Positions 45,241-57,990 of a DNA stretch of 64,000 nt are shown here, piece by piece (position 1 is the first letter of the stretch; each line of letters opens with the position of its first letter). Made by a program: the position numbers and the translations under genes. The DNA comes from Geosiphon pyriformis uo1 (taxonomy: Eukaryota > Fungi > Glomeromycota). The DNA lies in assembly GCA_016748015.1 (NCBI GenBank), contig JAAOMT010000439.1, positions 1 through 64,000 on the forward strand, in the 5' to 3' direction. Under the pieces are notes generated by a model that was not told the DNA's origin, made no database searches, and was given only the letters and a program-made list of their open reading frames with translations.

Positions 45241-45643
45241 TTTTCTTATTTTTTTTTATTAACAATTTATTGAGTGAAGCCCAACTGCTTATAGTTAAAA
45301 AACTTTGCTTATATAATTAATAAAAAATAAAATTGCATTAAATAATAATTGGGTCTCACTCGTTAAATAAAATAAATAAAAAAATAAGATTTTTAACCAT
45401 AATAATTATTATAAAATTAAATTTTTTTAGTTTATTAAAAAAGATAAATGATATATTTATAAATTGTATTAAAATACTTAAGAATATAATTACAAAATTA
45501 AAGATATTAAAGATAACTTTGTTGCTGTAAAAATGGTTTGAATAGTGCATTGTTGTAAAGTAATTTTATTTGGCTCAGATGGCTGTATTAATAGACTAAA
45601 TAAAAAATAAGATAAATAGAAAGAAATCTTATTTTAAAACCCA

Positions 45644-47383
45644 ATGGATCCTACAGCTGCTGAAGGCTCTCCTAAATCTCTTAGTGTTGCAGCCATTTCG
45701 ACAAAACAAAAAAGACCAATCGCTTTTGGCTCTGGAAGTGCCTCTAAATCCATTCCAACAACAGATTTAAAGGGCAAGTCTCGAGCGACAGATCAAGCTT
45801 CAGAGCCAAAAACCTCCACTTCTATAAAACCAGATGCAGCTTTCTTTTCTAAAAGCAAAAAGATTTCTAAATCTTCCGTCGACCTTCATGCCAATTTTTC
45901 AAAGCAAAAAAATACTGCTAAACCCTCTGGGCTCACTCAATCCCCAAATGCAAAGCTGAAAACTACTACAAAACCTCCAGCCGCCAATCAAGCGAATAAT
46001 TCAAACTCGAAGGCTATTACTGCCAAATCTCCTACGGGCATTCCAGCTAATAATGCAAAGCCGAAAACTAATTCACCTAAAACTGCCATGGGGACTCAAA
46101 GCAATACCAGGCCTAAAAACAATCCTGTTAAACTACCCAATAAACTTAGCGATCCTAAAACTATATCGCCCTCTGTCAAAAAACCTCCCTTCAATGCAAC
46201 CACAAGCAAAATAAATCCGCCTGTTGCTGGAGTTAAACGTCCGGTTGAGGATGAACTGCAGCCCATAGTGGAAGACGAACCACCTCGATCTCCCAAACCT
46301 TTTGTAATTAATGATCCTGATGTGATTCAAATTATGCCGGTTTTTATTACTGGCGAACTCTCACGAAAAGTCAATTTATTACAATTTCCGGTTCGTCCGA
46401 ACAAACATCCCTATGTTAATGATGAACAATCAGTTAACGCCCGCTTAAAACCAAAATCTCGAAGGTTGGAAATTGACATTCCTATCAACACCAATCGTGC
46501 ATATTACAATTTAGAAAGAGCTCGTGAACTTGCTTTGGGGACAAACGAGAAAAAGGCGAAAACAATATATGATGAAGATGATGACACTGATAGGGAGAAA
46601 TTAGAATGGCAGACATTTCAATCTACTATTGTACCAGCTAGAGCAAGATATATGGTTGGCTATGTGAAAAATGGTAAACGAACCCTATTCTTGAATTCCC
46701 AGTTGATTAATTTATTAACACTTTTTCTCTTAAGGTGCCTTTCACATGACTCCCATTCAAAATACATATCAACTTCGTCCTGCTCTAAAGTATTTGGATA
46801 AAATCGATGAAAAACAAAAAGCTGCTAGAAAGAGGACTAGCGAGGAGGAGCCTCTCATGGACGATGATGTCGATGAATCCGAACCAAAAAAGAGTTTTGG
46901 AAGGGCCCCTCGAAATTCCAAAAGGGCAAAGGCAGTTCAGGTTGCTGCAAAATATTACTTTCTCGCATAATGAAATCCTGATTTAAAACCATGATTCGCT
47001 TGTGATTAGGTCACCGCCATGAATGTAGATCAAGACCCAGCAACCTTGCGTCAAAATGTGTACTCACTGTCTGAAAGAGAAGCTGATGAAGAATCATGGA
47101 TGAAGTTAAACTATTCAATTTGGAAGGTGAATATTTTCTCAAAGATTTTTTTGTTGATTTCAAAAACACGTCACTTAATCAACACTAATTTTGGTTCTAG
47201 ACGCCTAAATCCGCTAGTTTATATGAACAAATAGCAGCCAATAGAAGCAAATATCCGAAATTGACGCCTAAACCTACACAGAAAAAAGCTTATCTCAAAG
47301 CCATTAGTCCTCCAAAGCCAGAGCTTTCGACCTCTGGGCCCTCGAAAGAAGATGAGGAAGATGAAGATGATTTATATTTTTAA
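45644..47383 (+). CDS. RPC5: RNA polymerase III subunit RPC5/Rpc37 (Sin-like), 4 exons
   Basis: LLQFPVRP, ARLKPKSRRLEIDIPINT, YMVG, HMTPIQNTYQLRPALKYLD, EESWMKL; TAA 47381-47383. Confidence 0.88.
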
Positions 47384-49124
47384 GATAATATCTTGATGAG
47401 GATTTACAAGTCATTTGATTTGTTTTTGCTATTTCGTTCATAAGATATGGTTCAGAAATCTCCATAATAAATATATATGTTTGAAAAACTTAAGTCTCCA
47501 ATTACATTTTAAGTTTACAAATTCAGTTTGCGAAAGAAAAGGTTTGAGGCTCTAATTTTATTCAAAAATCGTCTATCACTTAAAAAACTCCCAGATCTAA
47601 CAATAACCTCATTGATAATTTCCACTATTAAGATATCTTTTTACGATAAACCTTGATTGATGATGCCCCAACTAGCCGCTCATTTATTTCTTGGAATTTG
47701 GAAATGCGTGGTTCGATAACCTATGAAATCAAGGTGAGAATATTTAATAGACTGAATTTCCCAAGAGCAAAGTTCAAAGTGCCCTAAAAATTTTCAGTAA
47801 AATGGTATTGAAGGAGGAAGCGTCACAAAGCTCCCCCAAACCCCGCTGAAAGTTGATGTCATTCTGATCATTTTCAAAATTCAGACCAAACCTAAATATA
47901 AAATGTTGGATAAGCTCTCAGTATGGACGAAGGTTCAAATGTAAGACTTAAATGACTTATGAGGAATAAGAGTTGGTATTCAGATCTCATTGTAATGATT
48001 TAATTTTCAGAGATATATGTGAACGCCCATTTATTTGCACTTATTGGAATCATCTAATGAGTCACATTCAATCCTCCAAGTTGGATACACTCCATGCATC
48101 CTTGGCATGATGCTTACAGGAACAGCAATTGGCAAATTTCTCACGAGTTTCGAGCAGCAATAGAGCGACGCAACTTTTAACATTTTTTGAATGACCATAT
48201 AATTAAAAATTGCAAAATGGATCGTTGTCCAAAACAAACTAAGTAATCAGTTTAACAGATATCCTAACATTGTTATTCTGTTGGAAGGCAACTACATTGG
48301 GCAAGGTGATTTCTACCTATAACGAATTAGGCCATTATCAAAGTTGTTGTCGAGCGAGCAGTTTTTCAATCTTCAACAGGTAGTTAAAATGATCATATAT
48401 TGCAAGGTTTGGACATCGCAAAGATTTCTGCTATACTCGATAAAACTTTCCAAGTAACCCAACGATAGGCAAACCCCAGGAAGTGACGGACATTATTTTG
48501 GCAAAATTTAAGATCAAAAAACAAAATGACATTCAAATGACACCCGAAATTTGAACCTGAAGAGAGAAGTGAGAACAAAAAAGGAGAGACAAAAAACAGC
48601 GAACAGACCTCACATTTCTATACTGGTCTCTCTTCTCGCATTTTTTTAAATCCATCGAATTAGTCTTCATATCTACTAGAGTGCTCTTTCGTCTTGATAT
48701 CCACTTTTCCAAAATATCTGGCTAAAAAAATCGTCGGTATCAACAATTTGAAAATATCATTTTATCCACTTCAACCGTTTATAATCATGCGATCTGTTCC
48801 ACGTTTCCACTTCCCTCATCTACTCTGAAGTCGACAATGCGAAGATGTCTCTATATAAAAAATTACATGGATCATTTCTGTCATTTGCTCTGCTTTTGTA
48901 CTCCCCTGCGTCACCTGCTGCTTTCCTGGTAAAAAAATCTTCCAACTTCTCCTAAGCTCGCAAAAGTTGGATTAAATCTGCATGTTCCCAGCTCAACATA
49001 AATATTTGGCCCAGTTTTGCAAAAAAAAAATCCCCACGGTTGTTCCAACAGTGGATATAAAGAAATGATGTTAAATGGAGACTAATTAACAACCTCCAGC
49101 GAACCTCAGGAGAATCCACATTAT

Positions 49125-50284
49125 TCATCGACGATAAGGACTTGGAGAGCGGGCTCCAGTTCTGTAATTAGGACTAAATCCACGGATTGGTGGAGGGGAA
49201 GCGCCACGTGGATCTTTATATTTAGATATTTCGTTAAACCTATATTCGAGAGTACATGTATTATGGAAGATAAAAACCTAACTTACATGTATCGTTAGCG
49301 CGTCTACCAATTTACAAGAAAGGTTAATGAACAAGTAATTGGAATCAAGAAAGGAATCTTCAATAAAAATATATTTTACCCATAATCGCCCACAGTGTGT
49401 TTGTCACGACGATGTTGGTCCTTTTTATTCAAGCCAATATCCCTTTGAAGGGCGATGTTTGAGTCAAAATTTTATTAAAAGATTACCAAAAATCAGCAAT
49501 TCAAAATTATATACCAGTCCAACTTCAATCTACGACCTTCGACGCTAAAACCATTATATTTGTCATATGCGTCTTCAGCGTCTCTCCGATCTTCAAATTC
49601 AACAAACGCGAAACTATGGAAGATATCCATGTTTAATTGCTGTGAGGCAAGAAACGAAAGATGGCTAAAGACAGATGGGTTTATAAATTTACCCTTTGTT
49701 TCTTCCAGTGTAATGATCAAGTTGAACAGTAACTTTTCTGAGACGTCCATAACGTTCAAACATATCAGCAACGTCTTGTTCACGGAAGGCGTATGGAAGA
49801 TTTCCTACATACAAGGTAGTTGAATCACGTCTATCTTTGTCAGAGCCACTAGAATATCCGAAAATAGTTAGGGAAAATGCAGAAGACTATTTTTAACATT
49901 TGAATTTATGTCACTTCCTCACCGCTCTACAGGTTTACTCCTCCTAGGAGGACCTCGTCTTTCAGAGCCATAAGAAGGATAATCACGATACCCCCTATTA
50001 TCTTTATAACCACCACGTGTATAACCACGTTCATATTTTTCTTCCCTGTTGTATCTATCTTCTCTATACCTATCTTCCCTCCCATTTTTATAACCTTTTG
50101 GAGAGGGGCTTCTTCGGCGAGGTGAGTAGGAGGAACGACGGTACCCACTCCTTGGTGACATAGACCGATCTTTGCGTGAGTTATAGGTATGATTATTACT
50201 AGAAGTTGGGGGTTCAGCATGTTGCGAAGAAGCTGGTGGAAGTGGGGACTCTGAATGGGAAGCAGCTCCGTTTGCGGGATCCAT
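49125..50284 (-). CDS. SR-family/TRA2-like single-RRM splicing regulator, 6 exons
   Basis: RS/RRSPSP-rich N-terminus; RNP2 LYVGNL, RNP1 KG/SFAFVEF, VEGRRLKLDW; C-terminal RSPSPYRR*. Confidence 0.88.
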
Positions 50285-50586
50285 GGTGAATACTAAAGAT
50301 GTTTAACAACCAAGTTAAAAAGTTTTCGTTTTTGGCCCTTAAAAATATTTTTTATTTATCCCAACGGACAGTAACGTTATATCCGTTATATCCCGCTACT
50401 GCGTTTCAGATTACTTCAGCTTATAATATATGCTGTCAGCTGACTTTCTGTAACACTTCAAAATGACCCAATGAACCATCATTTGTCAAAAACATGAAAA
50501 ATAAAAAATGTTTAAATTTAAATTTATTGTTAATATATTATTAAGGTTAATTTTACAGAATATTCAAAAGCTGATTTGTTATAAAT

Positions 50587-52827
50587 ATGTTGGCAAGTCG
50601 AATAATTTTTTCTCAATATCAATCTTCTAACAATTTATTTATTTTTTACCGAAGACTTTACAACTTTCATTTGAGGAGAACTTCAAATTGTTGTGGCAAA
50701 CAAATTGTTTCTTATAATGCCCAAAAGGACAACGTGGACACAAATTCTCCTTTATTTGAAAAACAATCGATTTCTCTTGTCTTTTCTCCAGCTTCGGAAC
50801 TGTTGTTGAGTGGGGCACTCTTTTCAAAATTTACCTGCACTTTACCGAAAGTTTCATGCAGAGATTTTTCAGTTCAATCTAGATTAAATATAGTCAACTC
50901 CAGCGAAAAAATAGAGCCTAGTAATGTTAATTCGAAGGACACTGGAAGTTACACACCTTTGCTTGACTCCACACCTCATAATGACTTAATTCAAACTGGT
51001 AGTAGCCAAGCCATTAATAGTTCTTTAGATTATGATAAGAAGTTAAACAGTGATGATTTTATGGTCCAACAGAAATTTGAAGAAAGCGATCAAATTGATT
51101 CGATTTTATATGCCAGCTTTTGTGCATATATTCAGAACCAAGATATTGATGGTGCCAAAGCTTTTCTCAAAGATGGCCAAATAAATCTGAGTCAGGGCCA
51201 ATTATTCAATTTTTTTAAAATCTTACGCGCTCGAATGAATGAGTCAGAATTCAAGTCAGCGGAAAGAGTACTCTATGAACATTATTTTGCAAATACAAAA
51301 TTTGATGACATCCTGATGAAGCATTGGGAAAATTCTGATACGAATGAGATAATCCGTATTTTTGAAAATTATATCTTCAAAAAAATGAAACTTGACAATC
51401 GCGAGCTGGAAATTATCCTTGCAGCTTACATTAGAAACGATGATCAGTATGGTTGCAAACTTTTTCTGAAAGATCAAAATTTCAATATTGTCGAGGAAGG
51501 TTCTATTGTCATAAGACATATGGAACCCTTTTTAGATTCCCTGGAGATTGAGAAAGCCAAAAAGCTTTTAGAAAGTCTTTCAGCTGAATCGATGAGGACA
51601 TTTGAACCCAATACCCCAGAATTCGGTTTTATAATTAATCGAATGATTCAAGCAAACAATTGGCAATTAGCTTGGAAAACTTATCAAGATCTTATGGAAC
51701 AAGGAATAGAAATAAGTGAACAAACTTATGCGACCTTTATCACAGGATTCTTGTCACTTGATCGATTTGATGAAGTTATGACCATTTGGAAACATCTTAT
51801 TGCGACTGGCTTTAAGCCTAGTGAAGTTCTTTATTGCTCGATGATTATTGGATTTGCGAGAAGAAGAAACACAAAAATGGTAGAGAAATTGTGGGAAAAT
51901 ATGTTAGCGAATAAGATCAAACCCAATTCCTATGTTTATTCCGCCGCTATAGAAGCATATTTCCGTGCTAGAGATCCTGAAAAAGCAGGAAACTTATACT
52001 TGCAAATGGTCAAAGATAAAATTCCTATAAATGTTATAGCATGTAATAGAATTATTAATGGACTATTGTGGAATAGACGTATTGATACTGCCATGGAGTT
52101 TTATGAAGTGATGAAGAAAGGAACAGTCAAACCAAATATTATCACTTATAACACTTTGATCAGAGGATTAATGTATGAAAAAAGATGGGACTTGTTAATC
52201 AAAATTTTAACAGAAATGAAAGAAGCTGGGCATGAAATGGATACTGTTTCCTATACAACGATGCTTGAAAGATTTTTTGCACTCAATGACATGGAGAGTG
52301 CTAAAGGGATAATGGAATTATTTGGTCCTGCTGGAGTAAAACCAACTGCCGTCACATATGGTGCTTTGATTGGGGGACTAATTCGATGTAAAGATTTTGA
52401 AGGAGCAGAAAAAGCGTATAATGAAATGTGTAGTAAAAATATATTTCCTGGTATTCAAATAATGAGTAACATCATACAAGGTTACGTTTCAAGAGGAAGA
52501 TTAGATATAGCAGAAAATTTATATCAAACACTTCGCTGCACACCCACAACCGGGTTATTGGATATTATGATGGGCGGTTATATGACTGAAAAAAAACCTG
52601 ATATGGCAATGAGATATTTTGGTTATATGTTGAAATTACAGATCAGGCCCACCAAAGACACCTATTATGTGATGTTGACTGGATTGATGAATGCCGGTAG
52701 ATGGTCAACAGCATATCAAATGTATGATGATATGATGGCCTCAGGATTCAAACCGGAATCAGGTTCCTTTGCAAGATTATGTCAAGTTCTTTTACAAAAG
52801 AGATCTCGTGAATCAAAGGAAGATTAG
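50587..52827 (+). CDS. Pentatricopeptide-repeat protein, probably mitochondrial, intronless
   Basis: About 11 tandem 35-aa repeats (PNIITYNTLIRG, PTAVTYGALIGG); basic/hydroxylated N-terminal presequence. Confidence 0.93.
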   Translation: MLASRIIFSQYQSSNNLFIFYRRLYNFHLRRTSNCCGKQIVSYNAQKDNVDTNSPLFEKQSISLVFSPASELLLSGALFSKFTCTLPKVSCRDFSVQSRLNIVNSSEKIEPSNVNSKDTGSYTPLLDSTPHNDLIQTGSSQAINSSLDYDKKLNSDDFMVQQKFEESDQIDSILYASFCAYIQNQDIDGAKAFLKDGQINLSQGQLFNFFKILRARMNESEFKSAERVLYEHYFANTKFDDILMKHWENSDTNEIIRIFENYIFKKMKLDNRELEIILAAYIRNDDQYGCKLFLKDQNFNIVEEGSIVIRHMEPFLDSLEIEKAKKLLESLSAESMRTFEPNTPEFGFIINRMIQANNWQLAWKTYQDLMEQGIEISEQTYATFITGFLSLDRFDEVMTIWKHLIATGFKPSEVLYCSMIIGFARRRNTKMVEKLWENMLANKIKPNSYVYSAAIEAYFRARDPEKAGNLYLQMVKDKIPINVIACNRIINGLLWNRRIDTAMEFYEVMKKGTVKPNIITYNTLIRGLMYEKRWDLLIKILTEMKEAGHEMDTVSYTTMLERFFALNDMESAKGIMELFGPAGVKPTAVTYGALIGGLIRCKDFEGAEKAYNEMCSKNIFPGIQIMSNIIQGYVSRGRLDIAENLYQTLRCTPTTGLLDIMMGGYMTEKKPDMAMRYFGYMLKLQIRPTKDTYYVMLTGLMNAGRWSTAYQMYDDMMASGFKPESGSFARLCQVLLQKRSRESKED

Positions 52828-53599
52828 GCACTAAACCTTGGGGACTTTTTTAATTTCGGCTGGTGTCTAGGTCATAAAGCATACAGAATTCATGAAGTTC
52901 CTGAATTTAACTTCAAACTTATATTGAATGAGAATTTCCCATTCAATTCTAAGATTGAATTTGATGTTCAAGAATTCGAGGAATTTATTCTATTTATGAA
53001 CCAGAAATTGAATTCAGCTAAAATGGTGGTCAAACTCTGAGACTATGTTAATCTTCATGGATGTTCCAATTAAAAATCAACCTTAATCATATCGGAGTAG
53101 GCACAAGAAATATGCAATCAGGCTTCACCAGCTATTCTGCGAGCAGATAATGGAATAAAAAGTCAATTGGATGGATTTACTTGTAATCGAACTTTTTGAT
53201 CCTGGAAAAGTGATTTTTACCATGTAAAAATCAAGCAATATTAGTTTTATGTAAATATTAGTATATATTTGAAAGCTTATAAAGTTCAATAAAAATCTCC
53301 ATTTATATTGTATTAAATATTATAATTAATAATTGGTTAATTTTTAATGATAATTTTGATAATAATATATGCTAAATTTTATTAAATAACATTATTAATA
53401 AAATCAAAAACAGCAAAAAAAACTCAAAAATAAGACTAATATTTTTACAAAAACCAAAATTTATTTAACTATTTTTATGTATAAATATTTTAAAACATAT
53501 ATAAAACAAACTATTGTTACAGAAGTGTTTTTTTGGTATATTAATTGTTAATATTATGATTAATTTCTCATGAATTTCTTAATTTTAATTATATAACAT

Positions 53600-56420
53600 T
53601 AATAATATTTGTAATAAAATTTTTTTATTAATATTATAATATAAGCTTTTTTTAAATTCTGGTTATTATTGTGTATTTATATACTTCTTTTTAGAAATTA
53701 ATTTGAAATCTACTTGCTATTATTAAAGTTTTTTCTAAAGCTATTCTTATAATTGCTTAAAGTATTTCTTTAATTTGCTTTTAGTAATGTTTTTATTTTT
53801 AGTCATCTTATAGAAATATAATTAAAACTTGATAATATTAAGGCTTCTAATATGCAATTTTTAATTAAGTATAAAGCAAAATCTAAAGAAGTTTTTTGTT
53901 ATTTGTTTGAGACCAGAAAAGAATATTAAGCTTCAAAGTTTTAAAAATTAAAGTCTGTTAAAATATTAGTTATTAAGAAAACTATTAATAAGAAAATAAA
54001 AATTTTTGCATAAATAAAAGTCACATAATTAAAAAGTTGTGTTTGATTATTTAATAATTAGAAATAATTTGATTCTGAAGTCAGATAAAGTAAAAAATAA
54101 AATAGATAGTATTATAGAAAATTAAACTAGGAAGCATTTAGTTTTAATAGTTATTTTTGAACTTTGGTTTTATTAGTATGTGTTTTTGAATTATATAAAT
54201 AATAATATGTTCTTTAAAGTAATAATAAAAATTAGTTTTGATAAATTAGAACATATAATTAGATGTCTTTCTAATAACAAAGCAGCCAGTTTTTTTAGAA
54301 TTTTAAATAAATTATAGAAACATCAAAATAAAAATATTCTAAAATGTTTTGTGAATTTATTAAACAGTTGCTTGGTTTTAAAGATGGTTCTTATATTTTA
54401 AAGAAAGACTTAAGTGTCTATAATTTTAAAGCTTTATAAATAAAAAAAAGTGTTAATAAACATTAAGCTAATAATTTTAATTAAAATAACTTGAAAGATT
54501 CTGTTAAAAATTTTGTTAGATTGTATTTTCTCTGTTTATAGCAAGTTTAATATATTTTATAAAAACAATTTTTTAGTGTTTAAAGATATTTTTATGTAAA
54601 TTTTAGTCTTTAGTATAGACTTTGTTATTAAAGATGCTTTGAAAAAAAAATAATTAGTTTTATAAAATATACATAAGACTTATGATTCTATTAATTAAAT
54701 TTATTTGTAATAAAGTTTAAAATGAATAAAAATATGCAAAAAGTTCATTAAGTTTTTTGGCAATCTGCATAAAAATAGAATTAATAAAATAATAATAGAT
54801 TTTAAACTTTTAAATAAATACAAAGTACATAATAACTTGAACCAAAATAAAATTTTTTTTTTATTAAAAGATATTCTATAATCTCTTTTTATACAAGGTT
54901 AAAAGACATGAGATTTATGTAAATACTATATAAATATTAAGTTTATTATAAGAATAGAAAAAATAAAGACCAGTTTTAATAAAACTTTATTTACTACAAC
55001 AGATGTTTTTATTAATAATATGATTTAAATAGAAAATAGTCTCATATTTATTTAATATATCTTGAATATTGTTAGTAAATTTTTTTCTATTAATAATGTT
55101 TTAATTAATAATAAAAAAACAATAACTATTCTTATTAATCAAAAAATTGAAGTTGTTTTTTTATTTATTAATAGATTGTTAATTGCAATAATAATAATAA
55201 ATAAATAAATCTTACAGATATTTGGAAATTTTTTTGTTAACTAAAAGTATGTTTAAGTCAAGTTTGGCTAAGATATATTTGGATGTTAAGATTTTTTTTA
55301 ATATAGTCTTAAGAAAAACTTTATTAAATAAACAGTTTTTTTATTTGGTGTCAACTATTTTGCAATCAATTATTAGTTATCAAACTTAATTTAGCTTTAT
55401 TTTGAAAGATATATGTAACAAATAAGATGTTTTTGTAAAAAAAAACTCAAATCTAAGACAAATATGCTTAGAAATTTTTTTAGAGAATTATTGTATTATC
55501 TTTTTTTGTATGGTTTAAAAACTTTTAAACAGTTACAAGCAAAAAACAAAACTGTTTTAATAATTGCTTTTTTTAATACTGCTAAGATTCTTGGATAATT
55601 GTTTAATTATTAGTTTTTGAATTTATAAATATTAAGATAGACATCTGTAAATCTATTGTAGTTTTCTGTGATATTAAAAGTTAGTCCAATAAACAATTTT
55701 TTTATGAGCATGATTAAAATTTTTTTGGACAATAAAATCTTATTGATTAATAATATGTCTAGTGTTTTTTGTAATCTTAACAAGTTTTAAATATTAATTA
55801 TTTTGGAGACTTTTAGTTATTATAGTATAGTTAATTTATTGAAACATTTTAGTGTGGTTTTTAATAATAAGCTGTTGGATAAACATGGTATAATTATGGA
55901 TTGAAAAACATTTTGTTATTAAAAAAGATTAAATTTAAAAGATTTTGTCTTATTAGTTTGATATAATTTTTAAGTTTATAACCAATTCTGGGTTTAATCT
56001 GTTAAATATACTTTTAATTAGTAATATTTTTAATGTTTTAGATTTTAATGAATTTTTAAATGTTTAAAAACATTTGTATAAGATTTAATCTGAGAGTTTT
56101 GTATTTATATTAATAATTTTTTAAAAGATAAGAGTTCTGTATTTATGACTTATAGAATAACAGCTTATTTTTTGAATATTATAATAGGTATTAAAATAGA
56201 AGTTTAAGGTTTTGTGTCTTTAACAATAATTAAAGTACAGATAATTATATTAGCTTTGAAGTGTGTATTTTTATCTTGCTCTATAATTTTGTACTTAAAC
56301 AATTAAAATATAATTAATATATATATATTAAATTTAAGCTTATATTATCTTAATTTTTATAAAAATTGTTAATTAAAATAATAGCATATTGTTAATTAAT
56401 TAAAAATAAAGACATTCTAG
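53600..56420 (+). mobile_element. Old AT-eroded LINE ORF2 (RT to RNase H), interrupted by an LTR element
   Basis: DFVIKDALKK, KFIKFFGNLHKNR, YRYLEIFL.TK, KVQIIILALKCV align with LINE ORF2; left boundary approximate. Confidence 0.8.
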
Positions 56421-57298
56421 TGTTACAGATGATTATTTGGGGTCTCAAATCAAATAACAAATCTGTAACTTAGTGCTTGATTAATAGTGTTGTTAGTAAT
56501 ATCTGAAAATGTTGTTTATCTGAAGGTTTTGTTGTAGAGTTCTTTGTATAATAAACAGAGATTCAATAGTTGTCTTTCCAGTAGCCTCCTGGAATTGCAA
56601 TTCTTTCAAATTTCTTTTTTAGCATGGTGGCCAGTAATCTTGACAGAGATGCCCTTCTGGTAAGCTATTCTTAAATTCTCAATTCCTATACCCTTCCTTT
56701 GGGGTCTTTTACCAGACTATCTATGACATCAATAACTCAGCACTTAATCTTCAAGTAATTAGTAAAACAAAAGAGATAACTGAAATAAAAGAAATTTAAA
56801 AAAAATAAGCCAAGACAATAAATGTTAGTATCTTGTTAATACTCATGATCAAGAGCTATTGTTTCAATGTGGTTAAGTATTAATTACTATCAACATGAAG
56901 TGTTGATAGTGGAGAGTGGATTTGGAATTGTAAAAATAATTATTTATTTGATATTTGTAAGTTGGAAGGTTGCTTAGATTAAATCTAAATTTAGAGGTCT
57001 CTAACTAAAAAGATTCTGTCTCTTTCTGTTTCTAACACTACTGCTATATATACATAATTGAGATTCCTCAATTCTTCAATTCTTCACACCAGAAATTTTG
57101 GAATTCCTGAAATTCTGCAATTTTTTTTAAGAAAAATTTTGAAATTCTGGAATCCTGCAATTTCTTATATGAGAATCCTGAAATTCCTAAAATTTTGCAA
57201 TTCCTCTTAAGAAGAATCCTGGAATTTCACATTTACTATGATTACTTCTGATTGGCTAATTTATATGCTAATATTCTCCCTATATTCTATGAATAATA
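56421..57298 (-). repeat. 3' LTR of the Ty3/Gypsy element (~878 bp)
   Basis: Ends ...GTAACA on minus; begins TATTAT (eroded TGTTAT) right after PPT AAAAAGGAGGGAA (57302-57314); CCAAT (~57250) and TATA (~57045) boxes; tandem repeats 57065-57230. Confidence 0.8.
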
Positions 57299-57312
57299 TT
57301 ATTCCCTCCTTT

Positions 57313-57990
57313 TTAATATTGAGCTCTGTCGAGATTTCCCAAATCTCTTAACTCTAATTTTCTGTCTTTGAATATTTCTTGAACTTCTTTTTTGAGAATT
57401 ACTTGAGTTATTTTGTTCTGTAATTCTTCAAATTGGGTGTTGGTTATCTTTCCTATTTGGTTAACTATAATGGAATCTATTTCTGGATTAAGTAAAATTT
57501 CTGGTCTGTCTTGAAATTCAGCATGCAATCAATAGATGGCTTTTGCTTGTGTTGTTAGATTGTTTTTTTTCACAAATTGTTCTAGTTGTTGCAATATTGT
57601 TGTGTCGAATAATCATTTTGTTTTATCTGTATATAAGTTCTGAATATTCAAGTGTCATCTCAAGTGGAAATAACAAAAGTTTCTTGGAAATTTGTGTATT
57701 CACCATTTTCACATTTCTCTGGTCAATTTTTGATATGTGGTGATACTTGTTGGTTCTTTTATTGCTAATTTTATTTTCAAAATCATTTTGTCAATCATGT
57801 TTTCTGTTTTTTTTTGACTTTTGTATTTAGATATCTTTCTGGTATCTCAATATCAAATGGTTTGTTGATTAATAATAATTTTTATATTCTGTTGTTAAAT
57901 CAGTTGGAAAAGTTGTTGTGCTAATAAGTGGATGTTGTCAGTAATTTTCAGTTTTTTGAAGTTTTCTGTTGTATCTACTATGTCTTTATA
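57313..57990 (-). pseudogene. Extra ORF downstream of integrase (unknown function; start approximate)
   Basis: Track ORF 57313-57528 extends upstream through stops; its stop abuts the PPT; homolog at 42620-43277. Confidence 0.6.

Noticed and set aside
56437-56451. TTTGGGGTCTC resembling the LINE terminal motif
   Set aside because: Lacks the RCTCRTTAAA continuation and A tail; lies within the LTR end
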